Source: an uncultured Candidatus Bathyarchaeia archaeon
GTDB taxonomy: Archaea; Thermoproteota; Bathyarchaeia; Bathyarchaeales; Bathycorpusculaceae
Reading direction: 5' to 3'
NCBI GenBank assembly: GCA_964639375.1
Contig: CAZXCX010000001.1
Location: 1-30,837 of the forward strand
Length of the DNA: 30,837 nucleotides
Positions 26,110 to 30,837 of this stretch are shown here, one piece after another (the stretch's first letter is position 1; each line of letters opens with the position of its first letter). The position numbers and the translations under genes are program-made. The notes beneath the pieces are model-generated. The model saw only the letters and a program-made list of their open reading frames with translations. It searched no databases and was not told the DNA's origin.

Positions 26110-28908
26110 GTGAAAATAATGAGAATTCCAAAGCCTATTAAAATAATTGGAGGCTTCTTAATTCTGGTTTTGGCTATCTCAGCCGCTGTGGGGTTAATAA
26201 ATTTTCTTGAGCGCACAGGTAAAGGCGACGGAGCATCTGAATACGACGCTTTGCTTCAGTACGAGTGGCCTCAGCTTCAAGGCGACCCGTCTTTTACGCG
26301 TTTCTCAGCAGGACCCGCTCCAGAAGCGCCAGATTTCTTGTGGAAAACGAACATAACTGGCATACAGAGTTCCATCTCAGCATTTAACGGCAAAATTTTT
26401 GTCGTAACGATGACAACAGTTTTCGCCCTCGATAGGACAACAGGCAGCATCATTTGGAACACCACGTTGTCTGCCTTTTCCACTGATTGGCTGTCCGTGT
26501 ACAAAATCGATGATGCCCACATGGTTGTGGGGAATAGCTGCCTCGACCCCGAAACTGGAAGTATCCTATGGGAGAGCGCCAATTTTTCCGCAAGGACAGC
26601 GCCCCTCTTCACCTACAATGTTTACAGTCCTGAAGAAAAACTGTTTTACACCTTAGTAAATTCCACTATTTACGCTTGGGACTTCTCTGATCCATCACAG
26701 CCTCCGACAGTGGCGTGGGAAACCTACGTTTCCGGCTCTGAGGTGTCGGGTTCTGGAATACAGTACGGCGATGGAAAGGTGTTTCCGGGTTCATATGAGC
26801 CTCATCAAGTGGCACTTGACGCCAAAACAGGAGACGTTCTGTGGGATACGGAAACAAAGGCTTCAATGCTTTTCTCCGGTTCATATTACCAAGATCGGTT
26901 CTTCAGGGGCGGCTCTCACGACAACACGCTCTATTGCTTCAACGCAACCACTGGAGACATCATTTGGGAGTATAACCCCCACACTGAAGACGGATATTTC
27001 TGTGTTGGTACCGCAGTTGCGTATGGAATGGTGTACGAACTCAACAGAGACGGGAATCTTTACGCTCTGGACATAGACACAGGCGATGTAGTGTGGAAGT
27101 ACGAGGGGCCTGGTCCCTTGATGTTTCCTGGGACTCCCACGGTTGCTGATGGCAAAATCTACGCTACAACAGGTCAAAACGCGTCTTATGTCGGATATAA
27201 AAGTGCACCTGAATTTGCATGTCTGGATGCTTACACGGGACAGCCCCTGTGGACGCTTCCAATAGAAGCTTTTGCTCCGAGAGAGTCAGTCGCCGTTGCG
27301 TATGGCAACTTGTACCTCATTCCTGCCGACGTGACAACTATGGTTGACTCAGAATCAGGGGATGAATACTCAACAATTAATCAAGTATGGGCCATAGGCA
27401 CTACGTCATGGCCTATGTGGCGCCACGATCCAGCACACTCCGCAATCGGTCAGTCCGGTCCAGCAAATCTGACTTTAAGGTGGAAATACACAACTAATGG
27501 AGCAGTTTCCTCATCGCCAAGCATAGTGGATGGCAGGGTTTACGTGGGGTCACAAGACAAGAATATCTACTGTCTTGACGCGAGGAGCGGTAGCTTCATC
27601 TGGAATTTTAGCACTAACATCCGCTTGGAATCTTCGCCTGCGGTAGTTGATGGTAAAGTCTATGTGGGACCCGACGATGGGAACGTGTACTGCCTTGACG
27701 CTTACGATGGCAGCCTCCTCTGGGAGCAGAATGCCGGCGGCTTTATACAAGGGGACTTTGCCTCCGCTGTGATACTGCGGTCATCTCCCATAGTAGTCAA
27801 CAGCAGGGTTTATGTGGGGTCGCTGGATACCAACGTGTACTGTTTTGATGCCAACAATGGTGACATCAACTGGACATACAAGACCGAAGGATACATCACA
27901 TCGTCTCCAGCCGTGGCTGACGGTGCAGTTTACGTCATTTCGCAAGAGCCAGACTCAGGTGCCCTTTACAAGCTGGACGCCAACAATGGGAGTCTCATCT
28001 GGGAAAAGGCGCTTCCTTATCAGTTGACATTCATGGGCGGCACAGACATGCATGCCTCTCCAACAGTCGGAGACGGGATGGTCTTCGCATCCTCCAACAC
28101 ACAGGAGTATTACGGGATAAACGCGGCGACTGGTGACATCGAATGGACGTATAGAGACGAATCGGCATTGGAGTTTATAGTCTGCTCTACAATCTACAAG
28201 GATGGCTTGCTTTTCTTAATCGACAAATTCTCCATAGTGTGCGTTGACGCTAGAAACGGTCGTCCTATCTGGGCAGCTTACTTGGGAGAAGAACTTTATG
28301 TTTCGCCTTCTTACGCCGACGATAAACTATACGTCGTAACCGATGAACGTTCAATATACGCCCTTAACGCCACAAACGGCGAGAAACTCGGGTATTTTGG
28401 CACCAGTTCCAACAGCTGGTCCGCACCAACTATTTACGAAGGAAGGGTATATGTGGGAAATAACGACTGGAACGTCTACTGCCTCGCCGGGTATCCGGCA
28501 ATACCCAGTGCAGTCACTGTTGAATTAACTGAGCCTAACGTAGTCTTGGGCGAATCAGTGACTGGTTTTGGTCAACTTACTCCCAAAATAGCCAATGCAT
28601 CAATAACGTTAACTTTGGTTAAACCTGACGGTGCAGTGAACAACATACAAGTTACAACCTCTGAAAAAGGAGTCTTCAACTTTACCTACACCCCCGACGT
28701 CGTCGGCAATTGGAGTGTTGCTGCTCAGTGGCAGTCAGACAAAGGATACTACACCTCTGCTTATAGCGACCATGTTTTGATAGAAGTGACAGAGCCCGCG
28801 TCTGAAATCTTCCTGTCTACTGAGTGGATTTATGCTGTGATAATAGCCATAGTAATAATAGTCGTTATATTACTTGGATACGCTTACATAAAACGAAAAA
28901 GAAAATGA
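26110..28908 (+). CDS. Membrane-anchored tandem PQQ-like (BamB-type) beta-propeller protein
   Basis: Two propeller halves, each starting W-P-x4-D-P (EWPQLQGDP, SWPMWRHDP); many SSP..VDG.VY and YCLDA..G...W repeats; TM helices at both ends. Confidence 0.9.
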   Translation: MKIMRIPKPIKIIGGFLILVLAISAAVGLINFLERTGKGDGASEYDALLQYEWPQLQGDPSFTRFSAGPAPEAPDFLWKTNITGIQSSISAFNGKIFVVTMTTVFALDRTTGSIIWNTTLSAFSTDWLSVYKIDDAHMVVGNSCLDPETGSILWESANFSARTAPLFTYNVYSPEEKLFYTLVNSTIYAWDFSDPSQPPTVAWETYVSGSEVSGSGIQYGDGKVFPGSYEPHQVALDAKTGDVLWDTETKASMLFSGSYYQDRFFRGGSHDNTLYCFNATTGDIIWEYNPHTEDGYFCVGTAVAYGMVYELNRDGNLYALDIDTGDVVWKYEGPGPLMFPGTPTVADGKIYATTGQNASYVGYKSAPEFACLDAYTGQPLWTLPIEAFAPRESVAVAYGNLYLIPADVTTMVDSESGDEYSTINQVWAIGTTSWPMWRHDPAHSAIGQSGPANLTLRWKYTTNGAVSSSPSIVDGRVYVGSQDKNIYCLDARSGSFIWNFSTNIRLESSPAVVDGKVYVGPDDGNVYCLDAYDGSLLWEQNAGGFIQGDFASAVILRSSPIVVNSRVYVGSLDTNVYCFDANNGDINWTYKTEGYITSSPAVADGAVYVISQEPDSGALYKLDANNGSLIWEKALPYQLTFMGGTDMHASPTVGDGMVFASSNTQEYYGINAATGDIEWTYRDESALEFIVCSTIYKDGLLFLIDKFSIVCVDARNGRPIWAAYLGEELYVSPSYADDKLYVVTDERSIYALNATNGEKLGYFGTSSNSWSAPTIYEGRVYVGNNDWNVYCLAGYPAIPSAVTVELTEPNVVLGESVTGFGQLTPKIANASITLTLVKPDGAVNNIQVTTSEKGVFNFTYTPDVVGNWSVAAQWQSDKGYYTSAYSDHVLIEVTEPASEIFLSTEWIYAVIIAIVIIVVILLGYAYIKRKRK

Positions 28909-29170
28909 AAGGCGTGTTTTTTCATTATGCTCAACATTCGAGTTTCCGAGTTTCTTGAGAGGTAACATTGTTAATTGCTTGTTGTTAATTAATTAAGGCT
29001 TGTTTAGGCAGCTTGTCTTTGTCTGCAGCATTCAGCGTCTGTCGAAGATTTTGTGGCATGACTACTCTATTAAAGTGGAACATCTAACTTTTTGGCAGTT
29101 TACGCATGGTAACTGACTGGCGCGTTAAGGATTTATTTAGGTAACTGTAATGTAATAGCTGTTGAGTTGA

Positions 29171-30427
29171 ATGAAGTCAGCCTTTTCGCTGTTTCTCAGT
29201 GTGTTGCTTTTATCTGCCTGTTTCTTAACTATAGGTTTTGTTCACTACACAGCTGTAAGTGAGGCTTTTGATGATGATTTCTTTTTCGGGGTTACGTATG
29301 GGGGAAACACGACTTGTGAGGCTAAGTTGTTGATTGATAGGATAAAGGGGTTTACGAATGTTTTTGTGGTGAATTCATGGGATATTAGTACGAATGAATC
29401 GGCTCTTAACGAAATTTGTGATTACGCCGTAGACGCCAACTTACACGTAATAGTATACTTTAATTTCATCTTTTACAACTACACATTTCAATTCGGTAAC
29501 ATTTACAACTCCAGTACTTGGGATTATTATGGTGTTTCTCCTTGGCACATGACATGGCTTAACAACGCGAGGGAGCGGTGGGGAGACAAGTTTCTAGGTA
29601 TTTACCTGTATGACGAGCCTGGTGGGAAACAAATTGATACTGGATATTGGGGCGGAAACATGATGACGTTTTCAGGAAGAAACATAACTGCCTTCACAAA
29701 TCTTTCGGACTACGGCGACGCGGCAAATCGATTTGTAATGGGCATAGCACGTAGCGGTAGCATGCAGCACGCAATAAATAGCAGCATACCTGATTCAATA
29801 AATAGTCCTATGCCCGTGTTTACCTCAGATAATGCGCTGTATTGGTTTGATTACTTGGCTGGATACGACACCGTTTTTGCGGAGTTGGGCTGGAACAATA
29901 GCAGAGTTCAACATATAGCTCTCTGTAGAGGCGCAGCAAATGCGCAAGATAAGCACTGGGGAGCCATAATTACGTGGACTTATAGTAAGCCACCTTATTT
30001 GGGGAATGGAACAGAACTGCTTAAGGATATGATTACAGCCTACCGTGCAGGAGCAAAATACGTTTTAATATTTAATTATCCCAAATACCCCGAGACAAAC
30101 CAGTACGGCATTTTAGCCGAAGAACACTTTACAGCTATGAAGCTCTTCTGGAATTACATCCATGACATCCCCAGAGAGGCGTATGGGAAAGTTGACGCTC
30201 AGGTGGCTTTTGTGCTTCCTAAGGATTATGGTTGGGGCATGCGAAACCCTGATGACAAGATTTGGGGTTTTTGGCCCCCGGATGATTTGTCTCCTATCAT
30301 CTGGGATAAAATGACTAATCTTATCACGAAATATGATCTGAGGCTGGACATAGTTTATGATAATCCTCAATTTAATTTCACAGATAGATACTCTAAAATC
30401 TACTTTTGGAACAGCACAATTGACTAA
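29171..30427 (+). CDS. Membrane-anchored extracellular protein, putative glycoside-hydrolase-like TIM barrel (paralog of 5228-6409)
   Basis: Same conserved blocks as 5228-6409; both end YFWNSTID*. Confidence 0.8.
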   Translation: MKSAFSLFLSVLLLSACFLTIGFVHYTAVSEAFDDDFFFGVTYGGNTTCEAKLLIDRIKGFTNVFVVNSWDISTNESALNEICDYAVDANLHVIVYFNFIFYNYTFQFGNIYNSSTWDYYGVSPWHMTWLNNARERWGDKFLGIYLYDEPGGKQIDTGYWGGNMMTFSGRNITAFTNLSDYGDAANRFVMGIARSGSMQHAINSSIPDSINSPMPVFTSDNALYWFDYLAGYDTVFAELGWNNSRVQHIALCRGAANAQDKHWGAIITWTYSKPPYLGNGTELLKDMITAYRAGAKYVLIFNYPKYPETNQYGILAEEHFTAMKLFWNYIHDIPREAYGKVDAQVAFVLPKDYGWGMRNPDDKIWGFWPPDDLSPIIWDKMTNLITKYDLRLDIVYDNPQFNFTDRYSKIYFWNSTID

Positions 30428-30701
30428 ACTCCTTTTGGCTCTGCTGAACTGACTGTTTCCCAACCGCGATTGAAAAACTGATTGATGCTAGCAAAACACG
30501 TTTTCCAAATCCATTCAGATATTGTTGATTTATTGCGTGTGCCAAATTTTGTTTTTCAGTGATAGCTCTATGCGCTTAATAAAATCCAGCTCTGTAGTGT
30601 GAAAAGGCGTGCATTTGATTTTTGAATGTTGTCATAATTGTATATTAATGAAAAGCTACATAAGTTTCAATCGTAATGAAAGCTTTGAAATCAAAAAAGA
30701 A

Positions 30702-30837
30702 ATGAGCGCTAAAAGGGACTTATTTATGGGTGAAAATTTTCGAGACAAAATTCATGAGGCAAACATTGCAGTCCATCGGTTTGAGGCAGAATATTATGAG
30801 CTGCTTCACCCAGAAGTATATAGCAAGCAAGAGCAGG
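30702..30837 (+). CDS. N-terminus of a probable class I SAM-dependent methyltransferase, truncated by the window edge
   Basis: The open frame MSAKRDLFMGENFRDKIHEANIAVHRFEAEYYELLHPEVYSKQEQ runs off the window. AN...H..EA..Y resembles methyltransferase N-termini. Alternative ATG at 30726. Confidence 0.5.
   Translation, partial: MSAKRDLFMGENFRDKIHEANIAVHRFEAEYYELLHPEVYSKQEQ

Noticed and set aside
30430-30660. Short minus-strand frames, possibly a gene remnant
   Set aside because: The frames are short and interrupted and I recognise no family; not supportable without a search.

Overview
Archaeal chromosomal window, most likely Bathyarchaeia. This is inferred from the protein families present and from archaeal TATA-type promoters; it was not confirmed by a search. 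Three themes interleave. (1) A 4.5-kb accessory island (313-4779) is bracketed by a perfect 112-bp direct repeat of the 3' end of an ICMT-family methyltransferase gene. It carries two winged-helix regulators, a secreted Tyr/Trp/Cys-rich protein with a CxxCH motif, two other exported proteins and a decayed tRNA-like 3' half, but no integrase. (2) A cobalamin-linked enzyme set is spread over two minus-strand gene runs: cbiB/cobD, three B12-binding radical SAM proteins, two divergent Dph6/DUF71-like PP-loop ATPases, a YtcJ-like amidohydrolase with two metal ligands substituted, a multi-pass membrane protein, and a probable SAM methyltransferase truncated by the right edge. (3) There are many signal-peptide or membrane-anchored surface proteins: Ig-like, NosD beta-helix, beta-propellers, and two paralogous glycoside-hydrolase-like TIM barrels. 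An unannotated tyrosine-integrase C-terminal remnant lies at 16313-16474. No rRNA, intact tRNA, CRISPR array or intact transposase was seen. The best candidates for an undescribed system are the cobamide-salvage/B12-radical-SAM cluster with altered-active-site paralogs and the repeat-flanked island with its CxxCH protein. All family assignments come from motif recognition only; no database searches were run.
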